Below are positions 43,834 through 55,045 of a DNA stretch of 64,000 bases, piece by piece. This stretch comes from Nitrospirota bacterium (lineage in GTDB: Bacteria; Nitrospirota; UBA9217): the NCBI GenBank assembly GCA_963740085.1, contig CAVUCU010000005.1:256001-320000 (forward strand), in the 5' to 3' direction. The position numbers and the translations under genes are program-made. The notes beneath the pieces were generated by a model. That model searched no databases. It was not told the origin of the DNA and worked only from the letters and a program-made list of their open reading frames with translations. How positions within the stretch are numbered: position 1 is the stretch's first letter; every line of letters begins with the position of its first letter.

Positions 43834-44576
43834 CCAATAGTCTTACCGCGACCGTGAGAATGCATAATAGACAGGTGTCTTTTCGTGGGACAGCCTATTT
43901 CTTTTCGTGATTTGTGATTGTGGTTCACTCCTGCCATTCCAGGCGTTTTCCCTCTCCGTGCTCTTCAGCAAATTACGCTTATTCATGGCGTCATCATGAT
44001 CCCCCTCATGATCGGGTTCCTGAAAGCCGGTCAAATCACAGTGCGCGAACACGAAACATCATAATGCCCGTTTCTTCTTTCCGGTCTCTCCTCCCACGCG
44101 GGATCAAAATAAATTCAATTGAGCCAGGGATGCACACGGATAAGGCCCTCTCGCGATGCATGGCGAGTTACGTCAAAATGGCCCGTGTGAATGGCCAATC
44201 AAGCAGGCGGAAATTGTCGCACGCGAAGAGGGGGTTTTTTTATGCCCATTTCATTTGAGGCGGGTCAGTTTCACATAATCCTGAGGCAGCCGAAGCATCT
44301 CTACGGAATGGCATGGAAGCTCGCAGAAAGGCATGATGCGGAAGAGCGGCGCATCATGGAACCGAATAAGATTAAAACAGTCGATCTCGCCCAGATGACA
44401 CAACAGGACCGTCGATTTTAATGAAAAAGCCGCGTCATCGCTTGCCTTTTTTACTTTCACCTTGAATGGATCGTGCGGTCATCTGCGGATACCATGACGA
44501 CGCCAGGCAATGCCGCGTTTGCCATCCCGTGGACATGTTCAAGCGCTGCCCCTTGCGTCTCATGTCAGTTCGCACA

Positions 44577-46148
44577 TTACTCCCACTCGATGGTGCTCGG
44601 CGGCTTGGATGAGATGTCGAAGACGACGCGGTTCACGCCCTTCACTTCGTTGATGATCCGGTTCGACATGATTCCCAGGAGTTCATAGGGAATCTTCGCC
44701 CAGTCCGCGGTCATGCCGTCCTGGCTCGTGACCGCGCGGATCGCGACAACATTCTCATAGGTCCGCTCATCGCCCATCACGCCGACGGTCTTGATCGGGA
44801 GCAGAACGGCAAAGGACTGCCAGATCTCTCTATACAGACCGGCCTTTTTGATTTCCTCGATCACGATCGCATCGGCCTCGCGCAGGATCCTGAGCCGCGC
44901 CTCGGTCACCTCGCCCAGAATGCGGATGGCCAGCCCCGGGCCGGGAAATGGCTGGCGATCGATGATATCGTCCGGCATCTTCATCTCGCGGCCGATGGCC
45001 CGCACCTCGTCCTTGAACAATTCTCTGAGCGGCTCCACGAGCTTCAGCTTCATTTTCTCCGGCAAACCGCCGACGTTATGGTGGGACTTGATGACCGCCG
45101 ACGGGCCTTTGAACGACACGCTCTCGATCACGTCAGGATAGAGCGTCCCCTGGACCAGGAACTCCGCCCCGCCAACCGCATGCGCTTCCCGCTCGAACAC
45201 CTCGATGAAGGTGTTGCCGATGATCTTCCGCTTCTTCTCCGGGTCCTCGACCCCTTTGAGCTTGGCGAGAAACTCTGCTGAAGCATCGACATACTTGAGG
45301 TTCAGCCCCATGTCTTTAAAGGAATACTGCACCTTCTCGGCCTCATCCTTCCTGAGCACACCGTTGTTCACAAAGATGCAGGTAAGTTGCTTGCCGACGG
45401 CCTTGTGCACAAGCACCGCTGCGACAGAGGAGTCTACGCCGCCGGAAAGGCCGCACAGGGCCTGCTTGTTGCCCACGGCCTTCCGTATCTCGCCCACGGA
45501 ATAGTCGACAAAGGAGGCCATTGTCCAGGTTGGCTCGCATGCGCAGATCGTGTACACGAAGTTCCTGAGGATCTGCACGCCCTGCGGGGTATGCGCCACT
45601 TCCGGATGGAATTGGACCCCGTAGAATTTTTTCTTTTCATCCGCCATGGCAGCAGTAGGCGAATTGTCCGTATGAGCGATGGCCGAGAACCCTGCGGGCA
45701 TTTTCTCGATCCGGTCGCCGTGGCTCATCCACACCACAGTCTGGGGTTCAGAGTTCGGGGTTCGGGGTTGTGAAGCAATGCCGTTGAACAGACCTGCCTC
45801 GTCATCTATGATCAGCTCCGCCCTGCCGAATTCACGCTTCGCGGACTTTGCTACCTGTCCGCCGAGCACGTGGGTCAGAAGCTGCATACCGTAGCAAATA
45901 CCCAGAACCGGTATGCCAAGCTCCAGATGCGCCTTATCGATGAGCGGCGCGCCGGCATCGTACACGCTCGAGGGACCGCCGGACAGGATAAGGCCCTTCG
46001 GACGGAAGGCCTTGACCTTTTCAAGGCCTGCATTGTAAGGAAAGATCTCGCAATAGACCCTGGCCTCGCGCACCCGGCGCGCGATAAGCTGGGTGTACTG
46101 CGACCCGAAGTCGAGAATGAGTATTCGTTCACTATGAATGTCGGACAA
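44577..46148 (-). CDS. guaA: GMP synthase (glutamine-hydrolysing)
   Basis: [33 protein letters not shown] motifs. Confidence 0.98.
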   Translation of the reverse strand: MSDIHSERILILDFGSQYTQLIARRVREARVYCEIFPYNAGLEKVKAFRPKGLILSGGPSSVYDAGAPLIDKAHLELGIPVLGICYGMQLLTHVLGGQVAKSAKREFGRAELIIDDEAGLFNGIASQPRTPNSEPQTVVWMSHGDRIEKMPAGFSAIAHTDNSPTAAMADEKKKFYGVQFHPEVAHTPQGVQILRNFVYTICACEPTWTMASFVDYSVGEIRKAVGNKQALCGLSGGVDSSVAAVLVHKAVGKQLTCIFVNNGVLRKDEAEKVQYSFKDMGLNLKYVDASAEFLAKLKGVEDPEKKRKIIGNTFIEVFEREAHAVGGAEFLVQGTLYPDVIESVSFKGPSAVIKSHHNVGGLPEKMKLKLVEPLRELFKDEVRAIGREMKMPDDIIDRQPFPGPGLAIRILGEVTEARLRILREADAIVIEEIKKAGLYREIWQSFAVLLPIKTVGVMGDERTYENVVAIRAVTSQDGMTADWAKIPYELLGIMSNRIINEVKGVNRVVFDISSKPPSTIEWE

Positions 46149-46275
46149 GGGGAACTCCTTTCAACTCCGGGAAATGACGGCATATTACCCTATGTTGCAA
46201 AGGCGTGTCAATCTGAACATTTCTGTTTGGAAAACTCGCCTTGACAACACTCTCACTCATTGTTTATTATGAATC

Positions 46276-47040
46276 ATGACTCCGGCTGCATATCAGAAAC
46301 TGCGGGATTCGGCGGTGAAATTGGCGGCAACCCTGCCAGTGCCTTCGTTCTACAACGAGCATTCATCGTTCATACGAAGATCGGAGGAAATGCTTAAGGG
46401 GCATGAGCTGATCAGGCAATGCCGGGCCTATCTGGACGAGTCGCAGCTTGAATGCGCCCACGGACTCTGTCATTGCGAGGCCGTGGCGAGGGATGCCGGC
46501 GCAGTCGTTCTCGCGGAGGGTCGACTGCTGAGTATCAGCCGGTCGGAGATCGAGCCGCTCTTTATCGCCGCGATCATCGCGGGCCTTCTGCATGATATCA
46601 AACGACGGGAGCAGGATCACGCGATCCAGGGAAGCATCGAGGCTGATAAAATCCTTTCAACACTTGGAGTGGACGAACGAAGTCGTTCCTACATCACCTA
46701 TGCGATCAGGAACCATGAAGCGTTCAAGACCACCTGCGAGCTCGATGACAAAGCGGGCTGCATGGTAAGCGATGCGCTCTATGACGCGGACAAGTTCCGG
46801 TGGGGCCCTGAGAACTTCAGCACCACGCTCTGGATCATGGTAACTGCGCACAACACGCCGCTTGACGCGCTGCACCGGACCTTTAAGGAAAAGATGAAGG
46901 GTATAGAGAAAATAAAGGAAACGTTCCGAACCGGCACCGGCAAACGGTATGGCCCGGAATTCATTGACCAGGGGCTTACGATCGGAGATGCGATCTATGC
47001 CGAAATGAACATCTTGCTAAATACGCAGATTAGAGGGTAG
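46276..47040 (+). CDS. HD-domain phosphohydrolase-like protein
   Basis: H...H, LLHD, YDADK motifs; TTGACA-18-TATTAT just upstream suggests a leaderless mRNA. Confidence 0.8.
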   Translation: MTPAAYQKLRDSAVKLAATLPVPSFYNEHSSFIRRSEEMLKGHELIRQCRAYLDESQLECAHGLCHCEAVARDAGAVVLAEGRLLSISRSEIEPLFIAAIIAGLLHDIKRREQDHAIQGSIEADKILSTLGVDERSRSYITYAIRNHEAFKTTCELDDKAGCMVSDALYDADKFRWGPENFSTTLWIMVTAHNTPLDALHRTFKEKMKGIEKIKETFRTGTGKRYGPEFIDQGLTIGDAIYAEMNILLNTQIRG

Positions 47041-47053
47041 GTCCTCCTGACTC

Positions 47054-47962
47054 CTAATCAATGTCGCCCATCTGCATTTTTTCCTTTTTCCCGTAAACCT
47101 TCCTCATCACCTTATCGGCCTGGTCTTTCCTTGCTTCGACCACGCCTTTTTTGAACGGCAGCGTCTCCTCCGCGAACATGGCTGACCGGAGCCACTCATA
47201 TCCAAGCTTCAGGAGCTCCGCATCGTCGGTACGGACCTTCTCGATCCGCTCGGCCGGGATATCGTACGTCTCGAGAAAACTGCTTCCGAACACAAACTCC
47301 CTGAAATAGTCGGTATTGGTGCTGACCATGAAGAACATCTGGTTCTTGATCTCGGGGAACTCCTTCTCGCCGAATGATTTCTTTTTGATCAGGACCTCCA
47401 TCCATCCGCGGTTCATGTCGTCGTAGAGGTCCGCCTGCTGGTCCTTGCGCCACTCGGCTACGGTCCAGTCCTTGTTCTCCTCGAAACCCTTGCAGTGGTC
47501 CTCTTTGACCATGAAGTAGAACTCGTCCTTGCCGCCCTCAACTTCTTTCTTCCGGAGGGTCGCCATGCCCAGGGGATAGTAGCGGCAGTTGCTCGGCCGG
47601 TCCTCGTACACGGTGCAGCCGCCGGGCGTCACAAAGGGACAGCTCTTCTTTTCATCCGTCCCCATCTTGAGGATTATCACCGGGAGCAGCGTCTTTGCCA
47701 GGATCTCGATAGTGCAGTACTGGTTGATGAAGTCCTCGGTGGTCATTCCGAGCCGCTTCCTGAGGCGCAGGAGGTCGTAGGGCGGCAGTACGATGTTGAT
47801 ATCGCTGCAGCAGGCGGTAAAGCATGAAACATCCTTGTGACAGCGAAACTTGAACCTGCTGTTCTCCGTCAACTTGATCGGCACGACCTTGTCGGTCTTG
47901 CTCTTTTTCAGCGGTTCGATATCGAAATCTTCCGGATGCATTTCTTTTTTCTTATTCTTCAT
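47054..47962 (-). CDS. YkgJ-family cysteine-cluster (CxxCxxCC-type) protein
   Basis: FRC....CFTACC, CPF...GCTVYEDRP..CR.YP motifs. Confidence 0.85.
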   Translation of the reverse strand: MKNKKKEMHPEDFDIEPLKKSKTDKVVPIKLTENSRFKFRCHKDVSCFTACCSDINIVLPPYDLLRLRKRLGMTTEDFINQYCTIEILAKTLLPVIILKMGTDEKKSCPFVTPGGCTVYEDRPSNCRYYPLGMATLRKKEVEGGKDEFYFMVKEDHCKGFEENKDWTVAEWRKDQQADLYDDMNRGWMEVLIKKKSFGEKEFPEIKNQMFFMVSTNTDYFREFVFGSSFLETYDIPAERIEKVRTDDAELLKLGYEWLRSAMFAEETLPFKKGVVEARKDQADKVMRKVYGKKEKMQMGDID

Positions 47963-48015
47963 CGCCCTCTATCCTCTCCACGCAGGCTGAAGCCTGCGGC
48001 TGCCAACATGGTCTT

Positions 48016-48548
<533 letters not shown>

Positions 48549-48612
48549 AGCCTGAAGATAATACCACTTTACGAATAAATTTCAAATGGAGAATCCCGCG
48601 CTGTGGTGTGAT

Positions 48613-48646
48613 AAAAAAAGGCTGCCCCATCAAATGGGGCAGCCTT
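48613..48646 (-). terminator. Intrinsic terminator after hppA
   Basis: AAGGCTGCCCCAT/ATGGGGCAGCCTT stem plus T-run. Confidence 0.88.
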
Positions 48647-48663
48647 GTGAAAATGAATGCCGC

Positions 48664-50742
48664 TTACTTGATCAACGGTACGATAAGCAGGGCAACAATG
48701 TTGATGACCTTGATCATCGGGTTGATGGCCGGGCCTGCGGTGTCCTTGTAAGGATCGCCGACCGTGTCGCCGGTCACTGAGGCCTTGTGTCCCTCGCTGC
48801 CCTTCTTGTGCACGACGCCCTTGCTGTCCGTGACGCCGTCTTCAAAGGACTTCTTGGCATTGTCCCATGCGCCGCCGCCGGAGGTCATGGCAATGGCCTG
48901 GAACAGACCGGTCACAATGGCGCCGATGAGCACGCCGCCGAGCGCTTCTTTGCCCAGGAAGAGACCCACCAGGACCGGCACGACCACCGGAAGGAGCGCC
49001 GGGAGCATCATCTCATGGATGGCGCTCTTGGTCACGATGTCAACGCACTTGCCGTACTCCGGCTTGCCGGTGCCTTCCATGATGCCTTTGATCTCGCGGA
49101 ACTGTCTGCGAACTTCCTCCACCACACCGCCTGCAGCCTTAGCCACGGACTCCATCAGAAGCGCGCCGAAGTAGTAGGGGAGCAGGCCGCCGATGAACAG
49201 GCCGCAAAGGACCATGGGGTTCGAAAGGTCGAACAGGACCGTTGTACCGAAGGAGCGTGAATATTCCGAGAACAGCACCAAAGCTGCCAGCGCTGCGGAG
49301 CCGATGGCGTAGCCCTTGGTCACTGCCTTGGTGGTATTGCCGACTGCATCGAGGGGGTCCGTGATATCGCGGATCTCCTTCGGCAGGTGGGCCATTTCTG
49401 CGACGCCGCCGGCGTTGTCCGTGATCGGGCCGTAGGAATCGATGGCCACAACAATACCGGTCATGGAGAGCATGGACACCGCCGCCAGCGCGATGGCAAA
49501 GATGCCGCCGGAGGCTGCGTTCGGCTCGCCGGAGAATCCACCGCCGAGCCAGTATGCGCCGAGGATCGAGGCAACGATCACGAGAACCGGCGCCGAGGTG
49601 GCCTTCATGCTGACCGCGAGTCCGGCGATCACGTTCGTGCCGTGGCCGGTGAGGCTCGCCTGTGCAATGTGCTGCACCGGGGGATATTCTTTAGCAGTGA
49701 AATACTCGGTGATCCACACGATCAGGCCGGTGAGGGCAAGGCCGATGAGGGAGATTAAGAACACGGTATTCGCCGTAAAAACGCCGGCATTCTCGCCGAG
49801 GCCGGCGATAAAGCTTTTGGCCACGAAATAGAAGGCTACTGCCGCGATAATGCCTGCAACGGCCAATCCCTTATACAGGGCGCCCATGATGTAGTTGTTC
49901 TTGCCAAGTCTAACGAAGTAGGTGCCTACGATGGAAGCGATGATCGAAACACCACCCAGCATGAGCGGGAACTCGATCCAGGGGCTGTCCGCGCCGAACA
50001 CGGTCTTGGCGAGCAGCATGGCGGCCACGAGGGTCACCGTGTAGGTCTCATACAGGTCTGCGGCCATACCGGCACAGTCACCGACGTTGTCGCCCACGTT
50101 GTCGGCGATGACGGCGGGATTCCGTGGATCATCCTCGGGGATGTTCTTCTCAACCTTGCCCACGAGGTCGGCGCCCACGTCAGCGGCCTTGGTGTAGATG
50201 CCGCCCGCGATACGGGCGAAGACGCTCATGAGCGAGCAGCCGAAGCCGAGCCCGATGAGGGCGGTGGAGACCTGCTCAGCCGGAGCATAGGTCTTGGCGA
50301 TGAGGTAAAAACCTGCAAGGCCGATGATGCCGAGGCCCACGACCATGATGCCGGTCACGGAGCCGCCCTTGAACGCGAGACTGAGCGCGGCCTGAAGGCC
50401 TTTGCTCGCTGCTGCTGCGGTACGCACGTTCGCGCGGAGCGACACCCACATGCCGATGAAACCGGCGAGGGCGGAACCTACCGTACCGATGATAAATCCG
50501 AGGGCTGCCCACTTCCCGAGTGCGGGAACGAAGAACAGGATACCCACCAGGATCACGGCGACGATTGCAACTGTTCTGTACTCGCGCGCTATGAACGCGT
50601 TAGCGCCTTCCTTCACTGCATTGGAAATGTCGATCATTTTCTGATTGCCTGAATCCTGTTTGTTCACCCAGATCGCGGTTATGATGCCGTAGATGACGCC
50701 GGCAATACCGCAGATCAGCGCAAATAAAATCGTGTTGCTCAT
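48664..50742 (-). CDS. hppA: Membrane-bound ion-pumping pyrophosphatase, K+-independent H+-PPase type
   Basis: [30 protein letters not shown] motifs; GNTTKA (Lys) signature. Confidence 0.95.
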   Translation of the reverse strand: MSNTILFALICGIAGVIYGIITAIWVNKQDSGNQKMIDISNAVKEGANAFIAREYRTVAIVAVILVGILFFVPALGKWAALGFIIGTVGSALAGFIGMWVSLRANVRTAAAASKGLQAALSLAFKGGSVTGIMVVGLGIIGLAGFYLIAKTYAPAEQVSTALIGLGFGCSLMSVFARIAGGIYTKAADVGADLVGKVEKNIPEDDPRNPAVIADNVGDNVGDCAGMAADLYETYTVTLVAAMLLAKTVFGADSPWIEFPLMLGGVSIIASIVGTYFVRLGKNNYIMGALYKGLAVAGIIAAVAFYFVAKSFIAGLGENAGVFTANTVFLISLIGLALTGLIVWITEYFTAKEYPPVQHIAQASLTGHGTNVIAGLAVSMKATSAPVLVIVASILGAYWLGGGFSGEPNAASGGIFAIALAAVSMLSMTGIVVAIDSYGPITDNAGGVAEMAHLPKEIRDITDPLDAVGNTTKAVTKGYAIGSAALAALVLFSEYSRSFGTTVLFDLSNPMVLCGLFIGGLLPYYFGALLMESVAKAAGGVVEEVRRQFREIKGIMEGTGKPEYGKCVDIVTKSAIHEMMLPALLPVVVPVLVGLFLGKEALGGVLIGAIVTGLFQAIAMTSGGGAWDNAKKSFEDGVTDSKGVVHKKGSEGHKASVTGDTVGDPYKDTAGPAINPMIKVINIVALLIVPLIK

Positions 50743-50922
50743 TAGATCTCCTCCTTTTAAGTTGATTTATAATACAATAACGTCAGTCTCAATAATTGCG
50801 GGCCGCCGCATATGCGGTCAGCCTGTGGTACCGAATCGAATCTTTTTGCTCCTTCGGCATCCCTCCCTTTCAAGCTCACGAAGCAGGGCACCGCGCCGTG
50901 CCCTTGTGCCCTTGCCCGATAT

Positions 50923-51360
50923 TTAAACCTCGAATTTGCCGCCGATCATGTCTTTCAGATAGATATTTTCCGCCTTCAAGTTCTTCACCAGCACCCGGAC
51001 CACGTCCCGCATGGACAGGAGCCCCACCAGGCCGCTCTCTTCTATGACAGGAGTATGGCGGATATTGTTCTGGATCATGATCGCCATAACGTAGTCCAGA
51101 TCATCGCCGGGCTTGACCACAAGCAGGTTTGTGCTCATGACGTTCTTGATGGTCACATCCTTGCACTGGTGCGACTCGTCCGCGGCGTTCTTGACGATAT
51201 CGCGTTCCGTGACGATCCCGACGAGTGACCCCCGGTCCATGACCAGAAGCGCCCCGATGTTGCACTCCGCCATCTGCTTTGCCGCATCGAGCAGCGACCG
51301 GTCGCCCGTGATGCTGAAACACTCCAGTCCCTTGATGCTTAATAGTTCTTTTACTTTCAT
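50923..51360 (-). CDS. Stand-alone tandem CBS-domain protein
   Basis: IGALLV...GIVTERD and IRHTPV...GLLSMRD motifs. Confidence 0.9.
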   Translation of the reverse strand: MKVKELLSIKGLECFSITGDRSLLDAAKQMAECNIGALLVMDRGSLVGIVTERDIVKNAADESHQCKDVTIKNVMSTNLLVVKPGDDLDYVMAIMIQNNIRHTPVIEESGLVGLLSMRDVVRVLVKNLKAENIYLKDMIGGKFEV

Positions 51361-51396
51361 GGGGTTCTCCACTCAACTAAGGAACAGACTGCTTTT

Positions 51397-51567
51397 TGTC
51401 GGTCTCGTAAAAATTGGAATATGGCGTTTTCCGTCATTCTCGTGGAAACGGGAATCCAGTCTTGTTAAGCAGCTGCCTGCAACTCGATGCACGCCCCCCG
51501 CTTTCACGGGGCACGTTTATCCCCGCGAAGGCGGGAATGGGTATGGCGACTTTTTACGAATGTATCA
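51397..51567. mobile_element. MITE-like element with internal GTCATTC...GGGAATCCAG palindromes
   Basis: Terminal inverted repeats TCGTAAAAA / TTTTTACGA; right end overlaps the qmoC stop codon. Confidence 0.6.
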
Positions 51568-52728
51568 CTTCTTGTCGCGGCCGCTGTTTTTCGCAAAGAC
51601 CATCGCGGTCGTGCGATAGAAAAGATGAGCGAACTTCGAATACGGCGCGTAGGCGAACAACGACCAGATGAACACGAGGTGAAAATAATATACAACATAT
51701 CCGGCATTCATATCAGCCAGCCGGAGCGCCCAGGAAAGCATCCCGGTCGCGCCGACGCCGAACACGATCAACAGGAAGATCCAGTCGAAATAGGACCCGA
51801 GGCCCGCCTTGCCGGCCTTTGCAAACCGATTGTACAGGATGATGAGGATGCCCGCCGCGAACGCGATCGAGCTTATCAGCGCCAGGATCTTCACCGGATC
51901 GGTGATCGGATAGGGTGACTCGCCGAAGTGAAACGGACCGACCGGCTGGAGACCAAACAACTCATTTCCATAGAGATAGCCGACAGCCCACATCGTGACG
52001 AGCGTAAGCCCTGCGAATGAATAGAACAGGAGCAGGTGGCCCCACTGCCGGAGGCGGTTCACATTGCAGTCAGCAAACTTCGAATGGGCCAGGATGGTCG
52101 TTACGGAGGAGATGATGTCTCCTACGAGGCTGCCGCTGGACTGCATCTCCCCTGCCTGCGCCTTCATCCCTGCCCAGAGCCGCTTGATTCCCACGAAGGC
52201 TGATATCACCGCGAAGATCGCCGTGAGCGTGAATGTCACGTCAATCTGGGGGAACACCGGCATAAACAAATGATATGCCATTTCCCCTTCCGCGTTCCGC
52301 GGCACTCCGCTGAAGCTCTTATAAGGCATGATGAGATAGAAAAGCACCATGGGGATCGCGAACAGGACCGGCAGAAGCGCCGCCTCAGTCGCCATCTTGG
52401 CGAAGAAGGGGATCATCGCCACGTGCTTGATGCTCTGTTTGCGTATCGCATTCAAGACCTCGCCGGGCTTTGCACCGCGCGGGCAGTAGGCCGTACAGTC
52501 GCTGCACTGGTGGCACAGCCACACGTCGGCGCTTGTGATAAGCTTGTCCTTCTGGCCCCACTGGGCCAGGACCATCTCCTTGCGCGGGAATGGGTTTCCC
52601 TCCGGCGTGACGTTGCAGACCACCGAGCAGGTCGCGCACTGGTAGCACTTCTTCAGGGACTCGCCGCCGCCCTTGATGATCTCGTTCACGAACGCTAAAT
52701 CCGGTTTAATGACCGTTGCTTCTGACAT
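51565..52728 (-). CDS. qmoC: Quinone-interacting membrane-bound oxidoreductase subunit C
   Basis: CYQCATCSVVC and CHQCSDCTAYCP clusters plus TM heme-b domain (SKFAH). Confidence 0.92.
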   Translation of the reverse strand: MSEATVIKPDLAFVNEIIKGGGESLKKCYQCATCSVVCNVTPEGNPFPRKEMVLAQWGQKDKLITSADVWLCHQCSDCTAYCPRGAKPGEVLNAIRKQSIKHVAMIPFFAKMATEAALLPVLFAIPMVLFYLIMPYKSFSGVPRNAEGEMAYHLFMPVFPQIDVTFTLTAIFAVISAFVGIKRLWAGMKAQAGEMQSSGSLVGDIISSVTTILAHSKFADCNVNRLRQWGHLLLFYSFAGLTLVTMWAVGYLYGNELFGLQPVGPFHFGESPYPITDPVKILALISSIAFAAGILIILYNRFAKAGKAGLGSYFDWIFLLIVFGVGATGMLSWALRLADMNAGYVVYYFHLVFIWSLFAYAPYSKFAHLFYRTTAMVFAKNSGRDKK

Positions 52729-52767
52729 ATATTCAATCCTCCGATTACTTTTTAGGAGTTGTTTTTA

Positions 52768-52805
52768 CCCTGAACCCTGAACTCTGAACTTTGTACTCTG
52801 CCCCT
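52768..52805. repeat. Degenerate tandem heptamer (CCCTGAA)n
   Basis: CCCTGAA CCCTGAA CTCTGAA CTTTGTA CTCTGCC after qmoB stop. Confidence 0.7.
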
Positions 52806-52808
52806 AAC

Positions 52809-55043
52809 CTACATGGTCCTGAACGGATTCGGTCCGATCTCTCTGATCCTGGTAGCAAACTCATTGAGCAGGTCCGGCAGCTTCTCATACTCGTTGATGG
52901 CCACCTGCATGAGCTGGACGCGCTCGGACTCGAGCTGCAGCCGGTTCAGGGTCTCACTCACCTTGCTGAAGCGAGTGTTCGCGAGCTCGCTGCCCTTAAC
53001 AAAATGGCACTGATAGTTCTCGCCGTACTTGCAGCCGAGAAGCAGCATGCCGTCGGCGCCCTTGGAAAGCGCGTCTGCCACCCAAACGAGGTTCATGCCG
53101 CCCAGGCAGCGCATGGAAATAAACCTGAATGCCGGATCGATCTTCTTTCCGGCAATAGCCGCTGTGTCGAGCGCCGGGTAGGAGTCGTTCTCGCAGACCA
53201 GGCAGATGATCGTCGGCTTGTCCTCATCATCGGAGTATTCCACAGCTTTGAGCATGGACCCGATGATATCAACGCTGTAATCCTTGAAGGAGACGATGCG
53301 CTCGGGGCAGGCACCCATGCAGGTGCCGCAGCGGCGGCAGCGGTTGAGGTTGTATTTGGGGATGCCCTTCTCGTCCTCGTCGATGGCGCCGAAGGGGCAC
53401 TCTTCCGTGCACCGTTTGCAGGCCGTGCATTTGATGAGCAGCGGATCGGGGAACGTGACGTCCCAGGCCCGGGGATGGACCGCAACGCCGCGTGCCACAT
53501 GGTCCATGGCCTGAATGGCCTTGAACGCAGCTCCCGCACCGTCCTCCTGCGCCTCTGCCATGTTCATGGGCTGGTGTACGCCTCCGGCCGCATAGATACC
53601 GGTCCTGCGGGTCTCGTACTGGAAGCATATAAAGTTCGAATCAGCGAAACCCGAAGCCCCTTCGAGGGTCGGGATTTCAGGCCCCTGACGGTACCCGAGG
53701 TTGATGATGTAATCCGGCTTCGGGGTCTGCTCAAGGTAATTCTTTTTCGCTTCGTCTCCCCCGGCGGACGCGGCGGTCAGACCGTCGGCATATTCCTGCG
53801 GCGCACGCGAGGTCGGGACCATACCCGTGGCCAGGACCACGAGGTCCGCCTCCACCTTTACCTTCTCGCCGGTCTTTGCGCCAAAGAGGGTGTTTTCCAT
53901 CTCCACGAACATGTTGCCGTTCCCGGCATCGGTCACGCCAAGCACGTCGGCCTTGGTGAGCATCACGCCAGGATTGTTCTGGGCTTCTTTGTAGTAGAGC
54001 TCGGTCCTGCCCGGGGTCCGGATGTCCTTGTAGAAGATCATGGCAAGGGCATCTTCATTCTGGCGTACATACTGTGCCTGTTTGAGAGACGTGGCACAGC
54101 ACATGGAGGAGCAATAAGGAAGATGGTTCGGATCGCGCTGACCCGCGCACTGGATGAAGGCGACCTTCATTGCCGGCTTACCGTCAGACGGTCTCAGCAG
54201 CTTGCCGCCATTCTTCTTCGCGATCTCTTCGAGCTCGAAGTTCGTTACCACGTTCTTCATCTTGCCGTAGCCAAGGTAGTCGAGCTTGTTCGCATCATAG
54301 GGTTTCCAGCCCGAGGCCATGACAATGGCCCCTATCTTCATGGTCTCGCCGTTCGACAGCGTCACGTCATAGAGGCCGGGCTGGCCGTCGGTCTTTGAAA
54401 CCGTTGTTGACTTGTACACCTTGATGTTCGGGCTGTTCTCTACCTCGCTCACGGTCTTGGCAATGTCGGTGTCCACGATGAGCGGCTTGTTGATGTAGGA
54501 GCCGGTCGGGATCTTCTTGTACAGCTTGTTCACAAAACCGCCGAGCTGGGCATCCTTCTCAACAAGGACCACCTTCTGGCCCGCGTCTGCCGCGGAGAGC
54601 GCCGCGGCCATGCCGGCAGTACCGCCGCCAATCACGAGGATCGTATTATTCAGGTCCGGAAGGATGTTCGGTTCCGGCAGTTCGGACTTCTGCGCCTTCA
54701 CAATGCCCATGCTGATATAGTCGTAGGCGGCATCGTTCGTTTCGTCCGTGTTCGGCTCCATGGTCCAAGCAACGAATTCGCGGATGTTGACCCGCTCTAC
54801 CAGGGCGCCGGGAAGGTCGAACTCTTCAAATTTTATGCGGGGTGAACAGGCGGCGATAATAAGCGTGTTCACACCGTCCTTCGCCATATCATCCTTGATC
54901 ATCTGTAAGCCTTCAGGGCTGCAGAGAACATCGTGGAACTTGGTATTCTGGAGCTTCTTGGCGGCGCCGGCGACCTTCTCAACATCCATCGCGTCCTTGA
55001 TGCCGCATCCCTTGCAGATATATACGCCGAATTTCTTCTCCAT
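52809..55043 (-). CDS. qmoB: QmoB (HdrA-like flavoprotein + MvhD domain)
   Basis: FAD motif, CAGQRD...CSSMCC, two ferredoxin motifs, GCKYGENYQCHF. Confidence 0.93.
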   Translation of the reverse strand: MEKKFGVYICKGCGIKDAMDVEKVAGAAKKLQNTKFHDVLCSPEGLQMIKDDMAKDGVNTLIIAACSPRIKFEEFDLPGALVERVNIREFVAWTMEPNTDETNDAAYDYISMGIVKAQKSELPEPNILPDLNNTILVIGGGTAGMAAALSAADAGQKVVLVEKDAQLGGFVNKLYKKIPTGSYINKPLIVDTDIAKTVSEVENSPNIKVYKSTTVSKTDGQPGLYDVTLSNGETMKIGAIVMASGWKPYDANKLDYLGYGKMKNVVTNFELEEIAKKNGGKLLRPSDGKPAMKVAFIQCAGQRDPNHLPYCSSMCCATSLKQAQYVRQNEDALAMIFYKDIRTPGRTELYYKEAQNNPGVMLTKADVLGVTDAGNGNMFVEMENTLFGAKTGEKVKVEADLVVLATGMVPTSRAPQEYADGLTAASAGGDEAKKNYLEQTPKPDYIINLGYRQGPEIPTLEGASGFADSNFICFQYETRRTGIYAAGGVHQPMNMAEAQEDGAGAAFKAIQAMDHVARGVAVHPRAWDVTFPDPLLIKCTACKRCTEECPFGAIDEDEKGIPKYNLNRCRRCGTCMGACPERIVSFKDYSVDIIGSMLKAVEYSDDEDKPTIICLVCENDSYPALDTAAIAGKKIDPAFRFISMRCLGGMNLVWVADALSKGADGMLLLGCKYGENYQCHFVKGSELANTRFSKVSETLNRLQLESERVQLMQVAINEYEKLPDLLNEFATRIREIGPNPFRTM

Positions 55044-55045
55044 CC

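Noticed and set aside
44309-44325. TGGCATGGAAGCTCGCA as a third sigma54 promoter
   Set aside because: GG-to-GC spacing is 11 rather than 10, and no credible gene follows.
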